From NCBI GenBank assembly GCA_963796685.1, contig CAWCMR010000025.1, positions 768,001 to 832,000 of the forward strand: a stretch of DNA of 64,000 bases. Direction: 5' to 3'. Under the pieces are notes generated by a model. The model did no database searches and was not told where the DNA came from. It saw only the letters and a list, made by a program, of their open reading frames with translations. Position numbers and translations under genes: made by a program. The DNA comes from an uncultured delta proteobacterium. Its GTDB lineage: Bacteria > Myxococcota_A > Polyangia > Fen-1088. Positions 18,400 to 31,075 of this stretch are shown here, piece by piece (the first letter of the stretch is position 1; each line of letters opens with the position of its first letter).

Positions 18400-20154
18400 C
18401 TACTGAACGTTCGTCTGGCACCAGGTGCGGTCGTCGCACCAGGGAACGGTGCCGTCCGACGTCTGGCAGGTGGTGGAGGCGGTCAGCGAGCCGATGTAAT
18501 AGATGAGCTGGCCGTCGCGCATCTTGTCCAGACTGGTGTAGGACTTGTCGGCGCTGTTGATGTCCATATCGAAACGAATGGTACTACCGGCGCTCGGGGC
18601 AGCGCCCGGCCAAGGTAGCAGGGCCTCGATGGCATAGCCCGCGCTGGTCGTCGCCTGGGCGTATTGCGTGGTCGGCAGCGCGGTCGGGGTACCCGAGCTG
18701 GCTGTGTCCTTTAGCGATGCGGCAGGGCCATTGGCGGGAATGATGATGTGGAGCGCGTTGCTGTCGCTCGAGGTGAGCCCGGTGACGTTGTTGTTGGACG
18801 TGACGAAGAGCTCGATGGAATCGCCCAGGTAGGCCTTGCTGAGGGCCTGCGTAGGGTCCGCCATGTTGACGGTTTGCACGCTCGAATCCTGGACGTCGAC
18901 GAAGACGTGGAGGCCGGCCGAATCCCATGCGATGCGCGCGGTGGCGCTTTCGAATTGGGAGGTGGGCACGTTGTTGTAGTTGAGCACCTTGGCCGCGTTC
19001 TGGGCATTGAGCACGAAGTAAGGCAGTCCGCACATCTCGCTGCCGCTGCCATCCAACGTCTGCGTGCCGCTGAACTTGGGAACACCCGACTTACAGGGAT
19101 CGCTGGTAGTACCGCCACTGCAGGATCCGCCACCACCGTCGCGGACCGAATCCGGCGCGTCGGAGAGGCCGCCGTCGCGGACCGGCACGCCACCGCAACT
19201 GGCAACGGCACCGCGGACCGAGCAGGGCTTGCTCGCACTGCAGGTCGTGAAATTGTCGAACCCATCTCCGGTCGCATTGCACGAGGCAACGTTGGTGCCG
19301 CTGCATGCGGACTGGGTCGAATCACACACGTCGGGCACGCAGGAGGCCGAGACGCCGGGCTGGCAATACCATGACGCCGGACAGTCAGACGTTGACAGGC
19401 ACTGCACGCATGCGGAGTTCGAGGTGTCGCAGACCATGCCGAGGGAGCTGCAGTCGCGACTCGATGTGCAGGCGGTCCTGCACACGTTGCGAACGCAGCG
19501 CATGTTGCTGGAACCACATTGGCTGTCCACCACGCAGTCGATGCACACGTTGTTCGCGGTATCGCAAAGCCCGGGCGTGCAGTCGCTGTTGTATTTGCAG
19601 GTCGCCAAGGCCACGCACTTGTTGTTGTTGCAGGACTGTCCCGTGGGGCAATCCGACGAGGCCACGCATTGAACGCACACCCCGCGCGACGGGTCACAAA
19701 CCGGATCGCTGGAACAGTCGGCTTTGCTGCTGCAGGGCGTGAAGGTGACGCAGCGGTTGCCGAAGCAATGACCGCCCGACGGACAGTCCCCCGTCTTCAC
19801 GCATGGAACGCAAAGCTTCGTCGCGGGCTCGCAGACCTGCCCGCTCGCAGCACAATCGGAGTCGGCCGTGCAAGGGAGGTTGGTTGGCATGGACCCACCC
19901 GATCCGCTCGTTCCGCCACCCGCCGTGCCACCGCTCGACGAGCCGGCATCCCCGCCTGATCCCACGGGATCTCCGCCGCTGCCTGAGCTGCCGCCACTCT
20001 CCGAAACCCCGCCCGATCCTCCAGCGCTGCCCGGGCCTCCGTCCTGCAGCGGGCCGGGGCGGGTGCGCACGCACGAGGCGGCCCCCAGCGCCAGCACGCA
20101 AACAAGCCCAAGCAGAAGCTTCTGATCAGGAGAATGGGGATGTCCGTGGATCAT
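18400..20154 (-). CDS. Cys-rich lipoprotein with C-terminal CBM9/DOMON-like sugar-binding domain
   Basis: Lipobox LGAASC, Gly/Ser linker, repeated CVxCxxxxDC modules, then ARIAWD..GLHVFVDVQD, GDSIELF, GYAIEALLPW, IRFDMDIN. Confidence 0.75.
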   Translation of the reverse strand: MIHGHPHSPDQKLLLGLVCVLALGAASCVRTRPGPLQDGGPGSAGGSGGVSESGGSSGSGGDPVGSGGDAGSSSGGTAGGGTSGSGGSMPTNLPCTADSDCAASGQVCEPATKLCVPCVKTGDCPSGGHCFGNRCVTFTPCSSKADCSSDPVCDPSRGVCVQCVASSDCPTGQSCNNNKCVALATCKYNSDCTPGLCDTANNVCIDCVVDSQCGSSNMRCVRNVCRTACTSSRDCSSLGMVCDTSNSACVQCLSTSDCPASWYCQPGVSASCVPDVCDSTQSACSGTNVASCNATGDGFDNFTTCSASKPCSVRGAVASCGGVPVRDGGLSDAPDSVRDGGGGSCSGGTTSDPCKSGVPKFSGTQTLDGSGSEMCGLPYFVLNAQNAAKVLNYNNVPTSQFESATARIAWDSAGLHVFVDVQDSSVQTVNMADPTQALSKAYLGDSIELFVTSNNNVTGLTSSDSNALHIIIPANGPAASLKDTASSGTPTALPTTQYAQATTSAGYAIEALLPWPGAAPSAGSTIRFDMDINSADKSYTSLDKMRDGQLIYYIGSLTASTTCQTSDGTVPWCDDRTWCQTNVQ

Positions 20155-20313
20155 GAATCTCGCCGTAACCACCTGGGCGGGAGCGGGACGTATAGTACCT
20201 ACCTCGCATCGCGCCTGTCGATGGTAATTTCCGTGGCAGGGCAATGTCGGGCGAGGCGAAGGCACCGAATCGCGCATGGAGACGTTGCTGACTCCCATCG
20301 CGTGGGCGTCAGG

Positions 20314-20679
20314 TCACATCTGCGAGGGACCGCGCCTGGGCAGGGACTGGAGACGGCGTGCGGCCATGAAAGTGGCGTACTCTTGGGGGCCGAGCGCGCG
20401 GATCTTGTCTATGCACGCGGCGCGGTTGGAATGGAAGAGCAGGCCGAAAAGCTTGGCAATGACATTGTTGAATTTGCGGCAGGCGCGCGGATCGCGAGGT
20501 GCTTCGCAGTCGGCGCAGCTTGCATAACCGTGCTCTTGGCAACAGCTGCGCACCTTGCACCAGGCGGCCTTGGCGTTGTGGTGACATCCCGGGCAAGCGC
20601 CCTTGAGAAACCTGCGGCACGCCCCACAGTACAGACCACAGCGGGCAATGAGGTCGACCTCGGCACGAATCGCTTCCAT
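20314..20679 (-). CDS. DUF3795 Cys-rich protein
   Basis: CGLYCGAC, CPGC, CKVRSCC, CADC; GGAG RBS. Confidence 0.8.
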   Translation of the reverse strand: MEAIRAEVDLIARCGLYCGACRRFLKGACPGCHHNAKAAWCKVRSCCQEHGYASCADCEAPRDPRACRKFNNVIAKLFGLLFHSNRAACIDKIRALGPQEYATFMAARRLQSLPRRGPSQM

Positions 20680-20736
20680 GGCGTCTCCTGGTATTGCTAC
20701 TGCTACGCCAAACCGGACCCGCTCGCAAGACACCTG

Positions 20737-21874
20737 CTACGGGTCGTCGTGAACCCTCGAATGGTCGTTGGGGAATCGCACCGGCTCCTTGCGCGCCAGC
20801 GCCTCGAGGCGGTCGACGATGGCTTGCGCGGCTCGTGGCCGGGCGAGGCCGCGCATGGCCGCGCTCATCGCGGCCCGTTTCGCGCCGTCCTTCGCCAGGT
20901 CGGCCACGGCCATCGCCAAATCCTCGGCACGGGTGGTGCTTTGATCGAGAACCAACGCCGCGCCGACGCTGGCGAAGCGGGCGGCATTCCTGCGCTGGTG
21001 ATCGTCGGCGGCCGTGGGCAATGGGATGAGAATGGCCGGTCTACCCGCGATGGCGAGCTCGGCCAACGTCAACGCCCCGGCGCGCGCGACCACGAGATCG
21101 GCGTCGGCATAGGCGGCCGCCATGTCCTCGATGAACGCCTTCGCCACCACGCGATCCGCGAGCCCTGACTGGCGGTAGCGCTCCTCGATGCGCTGGAGAT
21201 CCGCGGCCCCGGTCTGGTGGACCAGGGAGAAATCCAGAAGCTCCCGTGGACAGGGCGACGGCGGCGGCCGTCACGAGATCGCTCACCGCCCGCGCGCCCT
21301 GGCTGCCACCCACCACCAGGATGCGCACCTTGCCCGGCGCCGCTTCCGCCGCGACCGCGCGCTCCAGCGCGGCCACGATCTTGTGGCGCACGGGATTGCC
21401 GAGGCGTTCGAGCTTGCGCGCGGGAAAGAAGCGAGCCGCGTCTTCGAAGGCGATGAAGATCGCGCGCACCAGGCGGCCAAGCACGCGGTTGGTGATGCCC
21501 GGCACGCTGTTTTGTTCTTGAATCGCCGTCCGGTAGCCGAGCAGCGCGGCGGCGAGCACCATCGGTCCCGAGGCGTAGCCGCCCACGCCCAGCACCACCT
21601 CGGGCTTGAACCGACGCAAGATGGCCATCGACCGGACCATCGCAAGCGGCACGCGAACCAGACCGCGGAGGGTGCCGACGACGCCCATGCGCTTGAGCCC
21701 GCTGACCTCCAGGGTTTCGAGCGCGTAGCCTGCGGCCGGCACGGCGCGCGTCTCGATGCCGCGGCTCGTGCCCACGAAGAGAATTTCGCCGCCGCGCCGG
21801 CTCGCCTCGTCGGCGACGGCGATGCCCGGGAAGAGGTGACCGCCGGTTCCGCCGCCCGCGACGAGCAAGCGCAC
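20737..21874 (-). CDS. murG: MurG glycosyltransferase (frameshift near 21247, probably a sequencing error)
   Basis: AGGGTGGH, GGYAS, EQNSVPG, GGSQGA. Removing one base restores HQTG...FIEDM...RAGALT..ELA..DDHQ..NA. Confidence 0.95.
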
Positions 21875-21875
21875 G

Positions 21876-23146
21876 CTACCTGACCTCGACCACGACGCGC
21901 ACGTCGGCGGCGCCGGCACGCCGGTTCCTGGACTTGCTGCGCACCGTGCGCAGCGATTGCCACAAGGTCATGCGCGAGGGCTCGGGCAAGCGGGCTGAAA
22001 TGTTGGCCAGCACGCCGGCCATGAACAGGCTCATGACCAGCGCTGTGCCGCCGTAGCTGACGAAGGGCAAGGGCAATCCCTTGGTGGGCAAGAGGCCCAG
22101 CACCACGCACATGTTGACGATGGTTTGCAGGCCGAAAAGACAGGTGATGCCGAAGGCCAGGTAGCAACCGTACGCGTCGCGCGCGCGCATGGAGGCGCGC
22201 AGGCCGCGCCACACCAGCAACGAAAAAGTCGCCAGCACGGCCAGGATGCCGACCAGCCCGAGCTCCTCGCCGACCACCGCAAGGATGAAGTCGGTGTGCG
22301 CCTCGGGCAGAAAGAAGAGCTTCTGATGGCCCTGACCGAGACCTTGGCCCCACACCCCGCCCGAGCCCACGCTGATGAGCGATTCGTAGAGCTGGTAGCC
22401 GGTGTTGCGGCGGTACTCCCAGGGATAGAGGAAGGCCAAGAGCCGCTTCATGCGCCAGGATTCGCCGGTGATGAACACCTTCCACCCGATGGGCGCGGCG
22501 ACGAGCACCGAAATCAAGATGTAGCTCGTGCGCGTGCCGGCCACGAACATGACCCCGAGCGCGGTGACGCCCATGATGACGGCGGTGCCGAGGTCGGGTT
22601 GCTTGAGCAGAAGCCCGAGGAAGATCCCGGTCATGATCAGGGGCGGCAGAAAGCCGATGGAGAAATCGCGCACCTTCTCGGCCTTGCGCGCGAGCAAGAC
22701 GGCCAGGTACAGCGCCAGCGCGAACTTGGCCAGCTCGGACGGCTGGAACGACAGCGGCCCCAGGCGGAACCAGCGAACCGCGCCGTTGATGGATGGGCCG
22801 AGCTTCAGCACCGCCGCCAGCAGCAGCATGCTGAGGAAGAGCAAGGGATAGGTGATCTTGCGATACACCGAGTAGTCGAGGCGCGCGCCCACGAAGAACG
22901 CAAGCAGCCCGGCGGTGGCGTAGACGGCCTCGCGCTTGAGGAAGTAGGTCCAATCGCCGTAGGTCTTGGCCGCGAACACGGCGCCGGCCGAAAACACCAT
23001 CACGATGCCGAAGCCGGTCAGGGCCAGCACTGCGGCGATCAGCCAGACGTCAGGGCCTTGCGTCGGCTCTGCGCGTTCGCCGTACTCGGCGCGCAGATCG
23101 CGCTTGCGTCCCGGCCACCAAGAGGCGATGCGCTCGCGCAGGGTCA

Positions 23147-23147
<1 letters not shown>
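21876..23147 (-). CDS. ftsW: Peptidoglycan glycosyltransferase FtsW
   Basis: GAVRWF, FQPSELAK, QPDLGT, LPEAHTDFI, LPFVSYGG; dcw position. Confidence 0.96.
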
Positions 23148-24552
<1,405 letters not shown>

Positions 24553-24553
<1 letters not shown>

Positions 24554-25668
24554 CAGCGAACCTTCAACGTCAGGAGCAACCCTACGATGGCGCAGAAGAA
24601 GGAAACGATCCAGAAACGCACCACGATTCGGGATTCCGGCCAGCCCTTCTTCTCGAAGTGGTGGTGGATGGGGGCCATCAAGAAGATGCGCCGCTTGGTC
24701 GCCTTGTAGTAGCCGACTTGGATGATGTCCGACAGCGCCTCGACGACGAAAATACCGCCGACCAGGGGCAGGGTCAGCTCGGTCTTGGTGGCCAGGGCCA
24801 CGAATCCGATGGCGCCGCCCAAGGCCAAGGCGCCCACGTCGCCCATGAACACCTGGGCCGGATGGGTGTTGTACCAAAGGAAGCCGATGCCCGCGCCGCC
24901 GATGGCACCGCAAAAGACCGCCAGCTCGCCCGCCCCCGCCACGTGCGCCATGCCGAGGTAGTGCGCGATATTGAAACCGGCCAGGGTCTGCCCGGCGGCG
25001 TAACACAGCAACATGTACGCGAAGGTCGAAACGATGACCGGCCCGATGGCTAGGCCGTCGAGACCGTCGGTGAGGTTGACGGCGTTCGAGGTGCCCATGA
25101 CCACGATGACCAGGCCCAAGGTGGCGTAGAGCAGAAGCGGAATCTGGATGTGGTGATGCTCGAAGTTGAGCAAGGGCACGGCGAGTCGCTGGCGAATGTC
25201 GGGTGACAAGCCGCCGCCATAGAACAGCCAGCCCACGGCCACCGCGCCCACCACGAACTGCACCAGCAGCTTGAGCTTGCCGGGGACGCCCCGTTTGTTC
25301 TTCTTGGTGATCTTCAGATAGTCGTCGACGAATCCCAAGGCTCCGTAGCCGACGGTCACGAAAAGCGCGGGCCACACCAGGGGGCTGGTGAGGTCGCACC
25401 AAAGCACGGTGCCGGTCACCAGGGCCATGATGATGAGCGCGCCGCCCATGGTGGGCGTGCCCTGCTTGCTGGCATGCCCGGCCGGCCCGTCGTCGCGAAT
25501 CACCTCGCCGAGCTGGCGGGCGCGCGCCCGGCGGATGAACCACGGCGCCACCAGGAACGTGATGAAGAGCGACGTCAGCGTGGCCAGCATGGTACGCGTC
25601 GAGACGTAGCGGAAGACGTTGAACGCCCCGAACTCGCCGCGCAGTCGTTGAAAGAGGTGAAAGAGCAT
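24553..25668 (-). CDS. mraY: Phospho-N-acetylmuramoyl-pentapeptide transferase
   Basis: KQGTPTMGG, NAVNLTDGLDGL, VFMGDVG, MAPIHHHFE. Confidence 0.98.
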
Positions 25669-25671
25669 GGC

Positions 25672-27114
25672 TTAGGTTCCCAACTTTCTTTCGAGCGCAT
25701 CGAGGGCGCGCTCGAGATGCATTCCGCGCGATGCCTTCACCAAAACCCAGTCCCCCGGCTTGGACCACTCGGCCATCGCGGACGCGGCGAGCTCCGGATC
25801 CAGCGTCGCCAGCACGCGGTTGCGGTGCAATCCGGCCGCACGTGCCCCGGCCGCCAACTGCGCCGCCAGCTCGCCCACGGCGGCCAGCCCGGCGAAGCCA
25901 AGGCGCGCGACTTCCCGGCCAAGCTCGTGGTGGGCCTGGCCCGTTTCGGGACCGAGCTCCAGCATGTCGCCCAGAATCGCGAAGGCACGCGCGGAGACGC
26001 CCACGGACGCGACCACCGTGCGAAGAGCCGCCAGCATGGACGTGGGATTCGCGTTGTAGCAATCGTCCATCACCCGGCGGCCGGCGAAGACGAGAAGCCT
26101 CGACCGGTGTGGTGGCAAGGCGGCGCCTTCCATCGCCTTGGCCGCGGCGAGGATGGGAAGCTTGAACGCCGAGACCACCGCCAGGGCTGCGGCGGCGTTA
26201 CGCGCGTTGTGCTCGCCCGCGAGCGGTAGGTGTAGAACGACAGGCGTCGAGCCCACCGAAAGTCGCACCACGGATCCGAGCTCGTCCGCCGGAATGCATT
26301 CGAGAATGTGCACCTCGGCGCGCGCGGGTCGCGCGTCTTGGGGAGAGAAACGAAGCTTGCGCTCCTCGGGCAGGTGGCTGGCTTCCTGCTCCAGCAGCGG
26401 CTCGTCGGCGGGCAAGACCGCCACGCCACCGTCGGCCAGTCCGTGAAAGATCTCGCCCTTGGCGCGGGCCACTTCCGCGATGGAGCCCAGGCGTTCGAGG
26501 TGTGCGCCGGCCACGTTGGTCACGACCCCGACGTGGGGCTTGCCGATGTCGGCCAGGTACGCGATCTCGCCGCGCGCCCGCATGGCCATCTCCAGCACCC
26601 AGAAGTCTTCCTCTTCGGTCGATTCGAGGACGGTCATGGGCAAGCCGATGTCCGTGTTCAGATTGCCCTGCGTGCGCAGAACCCGGCCCCCGGCCGAGAG
26701 CGCGGCGGCGATCAGCTCCTTGGTGGTGGTCTTGCCGTTGGAGCCGGTGACGCCCACCACGCGCCCCTTGAATCGCGCCCGCACCACGCGCGCCAGATCG
26801 CCGAGCGCGCGCCGCACGTCGACCACGGCGATGACCGGCACGCCTTCGCACCCCGTCGGCATACCCCGATGAACGGCCACCACCACGGCCGCGGCGCCGG
26901 CCTTGACCGCGACCGCACAGAAGTCGAACCCATCCACGCGTTCGCCGGGCAGGGCGAAGAACAGGCGTCCCGGTTCTACCTGTCGGCTGTCGACGGCCAC
27001 GCCCGTGAAGGTGGCGCCCGCAGGCCCGGGTCCAAGGAGCATGGTCCCGCCCATGGCCGCGCAGGCCCAGTCGAGCGGGCGAACCTTGGGGGCAGAGCCC
27101 GCGGCTTCCGTCAT
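25672..27114 (-). CDS. murF: UDP-MurNAc-tripeptide:D-Ala-D-Ala ligase
   Basis: VTGSNGKTTTKE, DDCYNANPTSM, LGDMLELG, VLVKASRG; ATGA overlap with murE. Confidence 0.96.
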   Translation of the reverse strand: MTEAAGSAPKVRPLDWACAAMGGTMLLGPGPAGATFTGVAVDSRQVEPGRLFFALPGERVDGFDFCAVAVKAGAAAVVVAVHRGMPTGCEGVPVIAVVDVRRALGDLARVVRARFKGRVVGVTGSNGKTTTKELIAAALSAGGRVLRTQGNLNTDIGLPMTVLESTEEEDFWVLEMAMRARGEIAYLADIGKPHVGVVTNVAGAHLERLGSIAEVARAKGEIFHGLADGGVAVLPADEPLLEQEASHLPEERKLRFSPQDARPARAEVHILECIPADELGSVVRLSVGSTPVVLHLPLAGEHNARNAAAALAVVSAFKLPILAAAKAMEGAALPPHRSRLLVFAGRRVMDDCYNANPTSMLAALRTVVASVGVSARAFAILGDMLELGPETGQAHHELGREVARLGFAGLAAVGELAAQLAAGARAAGLHRNRVLATLDPELAASAMAEWSKPGDWVLVKASRGMHLERALDALERKLGT

Positions 27115-28637
27115 GCACCCCTCCGCGCCGCGAAGGCGGCCGCCGCGATCTCGCGGTCGTCGAAGTGCGTCTTCTCGGTGCCGACGATCTGGTAGTCCTC
27201 GTGCCCCTTGCCCGCCAAGAGCAGCACGTCCCCCACGCGCGCCAGGGCCACCGCGCGCGAGATCGCGACTCCGCGGTCGGGCTCGACGTGGAAGCCACCC
27301 TGCCCTTGCGCGAGCTCGGCTGCGCTGCGCTCGGGCTTTCCCGTCCGGCGCACGCCCTCGACGATCATGTCGATGATCGACTCGGGCCTCTCCGTGCGCG
27401 GGTTGTCGGAGGTCACGAGCGCGATGTCGGCCCGCGCGGCCGCGGCCTCGCCCATGCGCGGGCGCTTGCCGCGATCGCGGTCGCCACCGCAGCCAAAGAC
27501 GCAAATGAGGCGGCCCTTGGTCAGGGGACGCAACACATCGAGGGCGCGTTCGAGGGCATCGGGGGTGTGGGCGTAGTCGACCACGCACAGCACGCCGGCC
27601 TCGTTGGCCACGGCCTCGAGCCGGCCCGGCACCCCGCGCAGACGGGTCACGCCCGTGGCGATGGCGCTGGCGGAGATGCCGTGACCAAGCGCGATTCCGA
27701 CGGCTGTCAGGATGTTGGCCAGGTTGAATTCTCCCACCAGTGGCGAGACGATCTCCAGCGTGCCCACCGGCGTTGCCAGGCGCGCGCGAATGCCGTCGGC
27801 GCCGAGCCGGCGCTCTACCACCGCGATGTCGGCCCCGCGCTCATGCCGGGTGAGGGTGAGAGCTTGGCAGGTTGCCTCGTTGCGCATGGCCACGCCCTGT
27901 GCGTCGTCGACGAAGAACACGCCCACCCCCTGTCCGGGCAACATCAATTCCCGGAACAGGATGCGCTTGGCGATGAAGTAGCGCTCCATCGTCCCGTGGT
28001 AATCGAGGTGGTCTTGGGTGACATTGGTGAGCGCGGCAACGCGGAAGCGACACCCGGCCAAACGGCCTTGTTCGAGCGCGATGGACGACGCCTCCATGAC
28101 CACGTCGCTCGCGCCGGCTTGCCTCATCTCGGCCAGGTTGCCGTGCAGCTCGATGGCCCCGGGCGTGGTCAGCGACGCCTCCTTCTGTCTGCCACCGAAG
28201 CGGTAGCCCACGGTGCCGATGACGCCGGTCTTGCGGCCCGCGGCAGCCAGGATGGATTCGACCAGGTAGGTCGTCGTGGTCTTGCCGTTGGTGCCGGTCA
28301 CGGCCGTCAGGGTCAGGGATGAAGCCGCCGCGAAGTGGTTGGCCGCCACCCTACCGAGGGCCTGTCGGACCTGGGGCACCAGGATCAGCGTGGCACTGCC
28401 TGCCGGCGCGTCGCCCAAAGCACTGCTTGTCTCGGTGAGAATCGCCGCCGCGCCCCTGGCCAGGGCGTCGGCGATGAACTTGCGTCCGTCCTGCTTCGAG
28501 CCCGGAATCGCCACGAAGAGATCGCCGGCGCGAACGCGGCGGGAATCGTCGCGGACCTCGCCGATCTCCAACCTGTCGGAACCCGAAACGACGTGCGCGC
28601 CGTCGACGTTCTCGAGCAGGTCCTTGAGTCGTGCCAT
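27111..28637 (-). CDS. murE: UDP-MurNAc-dipeptide:meso-DAP ligase
   Basis: TGTNGKTTT, DHLDYH, VDYAHTPD, DNPR (DAP specificity), GKGHEDYQ. Confidence 0.97.
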   Translation of the reverse strand: MARLKDLLENVDGAHVVSGSDRLEIGEVRDDSRRVRAGDLFVAIPGSKQDGRKFIADALARGAAAILTETSSALGDAPAGSATLILVPQVRQALGRVAANHFAAASSLTLTAVTGTNGKTTTTYLVESILAAAGRKTGVIGTVGYRFGGRQKEASLTTPGAIELHGNLAEMRQAGASDVVMEASSIALEQGRLAGCRFRVAALTNVTQDHLDYHGTMERYFIAKRILFRELMLPGQGVGVFFVDDAQGVAMRNEATCQALTLTRHERGADIAVVERRLGADGIRARLATPVGTLEIVSPLVGEFNLANILTAVGIALGHGISASAIATGVTRLRGVPGRLEAVANEAGVLCVVDYAHTPDALERALDVLRPLTKGRLICVFGCGGDRDRGKRPRMGEAAAARADIALVTSDNPRTERPESIIDMIVEGVRRTGKPERSAAELAQGQGGFHVEPDRGVAISRAVALARVGDVLLLAGKGHEDYQIVGTEKTHFDDREIAAAAFAARRGA

Positions 28638-28646
28638 GAAGACCTT

Positions 28647-30707
28647 CTAGCCTCCCCGACGCTCGAAGGAAACCCGGCACACCGCTGCCGCGGACGCCGG
28701 GCCTGGCCCGGGCGACTGGCTGGCCGCCACGCCGCTGCCTGAGGGAACCAACTCCACGCCGGCCTTGTGCGCGGCCCGGATGGCCTCGCCCATGCTCATG
28801 CCGGTAAAATCGGGACACGCCACCGGCCCGCCGCCTGACGCCGCGGGGGTGCCGTCGCCCGCTGCCAGCGCGCCGTCGTCGGCATCGACCTGCTCGCTTG
28901 CCAGCACGGCCGCCGGGTCGTCGAGCCCAGGGCTGTCGACCTCGGCCACCGGCTCGGGCGCGGGTCTGCCGGAGAGCTTGTGCTGCTTGTCGGGCTTGTC
29001 TTGCGCCATGGCGCGCGAAGAAGGCGCCACGCCGAGATAGCGAAGCGCGCTCTCGGCGATGGCTTTGAACGCGGGTGCGGCCACCACGCCGCCATAGTGG
29101 ATCCCTTGGGGCTCGTCGATCATCACGGCGATCACCAGTCGGGGATTGTCGGCGGGCACGATCCCGACGAAGGACGCGAGAAACTTCGACGGATCGTAGC
29201 GTCCGTTGCTGACCTTCTGCGCGGTGCCGGTCTTGCCCGCCACCGGATAGCCAGGAATCGCGGCGGCCTTCGCGGTTCCGTCCTCGGTCACGCCCTGCAT
29301 GATCGCCAGCAAGGTGCGCGCAGCGTGCTCGGACATCACCCGCGTCGCTCCGCGCGCCTCCGGCGGCCGTTCCACCGGCTCGATTTTGCCGTCGCTACCG
29401 ATGTAGTGCAGCGCCAGCAGCGGGGGATGGTAGACGCCATAGGCGGCGATGGCGGCGAAGCCCGCAGCGAGCTGAAGCGGCGTCACGGTCAGGCCCTGGC
29501 CGAAGGCGTGGGTGGCGAGCTCGATCTCGCCCCAGTGCGATACCGGGCGCAGGATTCCGCGCCGCTCGCCGGGCAGACCGACGTACGTCGGCCGGCCGAA
29601 ACCGAAGCGGTCGAGCGCGTTATACAAGGCCTCCTTGCCAAGGCGCCTGGCGATCTTCACGGTGCCAATGTTGCTCGAATACTTGAAGACCTCGGCCGCC
29701 GTAAGCACCCCCTTGGGGTGGTCGTCGCGGATGTGGAACTTGCCGATCTGGAGCTGCCCCATCTGGCAATCGAACTTGTCCTCGGGCCTGACCTTGCCGG
29801 CGTCCAGGGCCGCGGCGAAGGTGAAGGTCTTGAGCGTGGAGCCGGGCTCGAAGGTGTCCGAGATGGTGCGGTTGCGCGCCCCACGCTTGGCCGCATCCGC
29901 GGGATCGTTGGGGTTGTAGGTCGGCACGCTGGCCATGGCCAGGATCTCGCCGGTGCGTGGGTCGAGCATCACCGACATGCCGGCCTTGGCGTTGTGCTTG
30001 GCCACGGTCTCGCCGAGAATGCGCTCGGTTTCGTAGGTCAGGTAGCGGTCCAGGCTGAGCACCAGATCCTTGCCCGCAGACGACGACGAATCGATGGCTC
30101 CGTCCACCAGCAGGTCGCGGCCCAGGCGATCGTGCACGCCCACCATTTCCATCCCCGTGCCCTGCAGGGCTTTGTCGAAGCCCAGCTCCACGCCTTCCTG
30201 GCCCTTGCCATCCAGGCCGGCGTGGCCGATCACGGTCGCGGCCAGCGCCCCGTTGGGATAAACGCGCCGCGGCTCCTTGCGCAGCCCCACGCCGGGTATC
30301 CCAAGCGCGGTGGCGGCCTTGCTTTCGTCGGGCGTCACCCGCCGCTTGACCCAGGCGAAGTACTGCTCGCGCTTGCCAGCCAGGTTCTTGTCCAGCTCAC
30401 GCACGTCCATATGCAGAGCGGCGGCCAGCCTGCGACTTCCGTCCGGAACGAAGGCCAACTGGCGCGGGTTGCAGTACACCGAATCCAGATCCGCCGTCGA
30501 GGCCAGCTCATTGCCCTTGCGGTCGAGGATGCGGCCCCGGCGCGGCGCGATCTCGATTTCGCGCAAGTAGTTGTTTTCGGCCCACTCGCGCAGCTGGGCC
30601 GATTCGCGCACCTGGAGCTGCACCGCGCGCCGGCCTACCAGATAGGCGAGCGCCAGCAGCCCCAGTCCGAACAGGACCACGCGCAATTTGGTCCACCTGG
30701 TCGTCAC
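28647..30707 (-). CDS. ftsI: Penicillin-binding protein 3 / FtsI with C-terminal PASTA-like domain
   Basis: RGRILDRKG, EPGSTLK (SxxK), SSN, KTGTAQ; C-terminal PDFTGMSMGEA...QSP. Confidence 0.95.
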   Translation of the reverse strand: MTTRWTKLRVVLFGLGLLALAYLVGRRAVQLQVRESAQLREWAENNYLREIEIAPRRGRILDRKGNELASTADLDSVYCNPRQLAFVPDGSRRLAAALHMDVRELDKNLAGKREQYFAWVKRRVTPDESKAATALGIPGVGLRKEPRRVYPNGALAATVIGHAGLDGKGQEGVELGFDKALQGTGMEMVGVHDRLGRDLLVDGAIDSSSSAGKDLVLSLDRYLTYETERILGETVAKHNAKAGMSVMLDPRTGEILAMASVPTYNPNDPADAAKRGARNRTISDTFEPGSTLKTFTFAAALDAGKVRPEDKFDCQMGQLQIGKFHIRDDHPKGVLTAAEVFKYSSNIGTVKIARRLGKEALYNALDRFGFGRPTYVGLPGERRGILRPVSHWGEIELATHAFGQGLTVTPLQLAAGFAAIAAYGVYHPPLLALHYIGSDGKIEPVERPPEARGATRVMSEHAARTLLAIMQGVTEDGTAKAAAIPGYPVAGKTGTAQKVSNGRYDPSKFLASFVGIVPADNPRLVIAVMIDEPQGIHYGGVVAAPAFKAIAESALRYLGVAPSSRAMAQDKPDKQHKLSGRPAPEPVAEVDSPGLDDPAAVLASEQVDADDGALAAGDGTPAASGGGPVACPDFTGMSMGEAIRAAHKAGVELVPSGSGVAASQSPGPGPASAAAVCRVSFERRGG

Positions 30708-31075
30708 GGACTGCCCCCGTGGGGCCCCTTGGAGGGCGCCCGCTCAGCCTCTGCCAGCGGGACCGCGTGAATGTCCGCAGGCGAGGGCTCGCGCATGCCG
30801 AGTTGGTCGCGCGCGATGGCAATGATGCGCGCGGGATCCTTGAGCATGCCGACTTCGATTTCCAGATGTCGGCGCTGCAAGGTCAGCTCGCGAAAGGTCC
30901 GTTCTTCCTTGCCGAGCGCGATGGCGACCTCGATGCGCTTGGCATGAACCGCCACGTGCGCGGTCGCCCCCAGGGTCACGCCCAGCACGACCAGGCCGAT
31001 GAGCCCCAGGCTGAGCCGACGCCCGGCGCCGCCCGAGTCGACCACCGCCTTGGTGTCGGCAACCGGAGGGGTCAT
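30704..31075 (-). CDS. ftsL: Cell division protein FtsL
   Basis: TM segment, coiled coil and LKDPARIIAIARDQLGM; lies between rsmH and ftsI with overlaps. Confidence 0.85.
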   Translation of the reverse strand: MTPPVADTKAVVDSGGAGRRLSLGLIGLVVLGVTLGATAHVAVHAKRIEVAIALGKEERTFRELTLQRRHLEIEVGMLKDPARIIAIARDQLGMREPSPADIHAVPLAEAERAPSKGPHGGSP

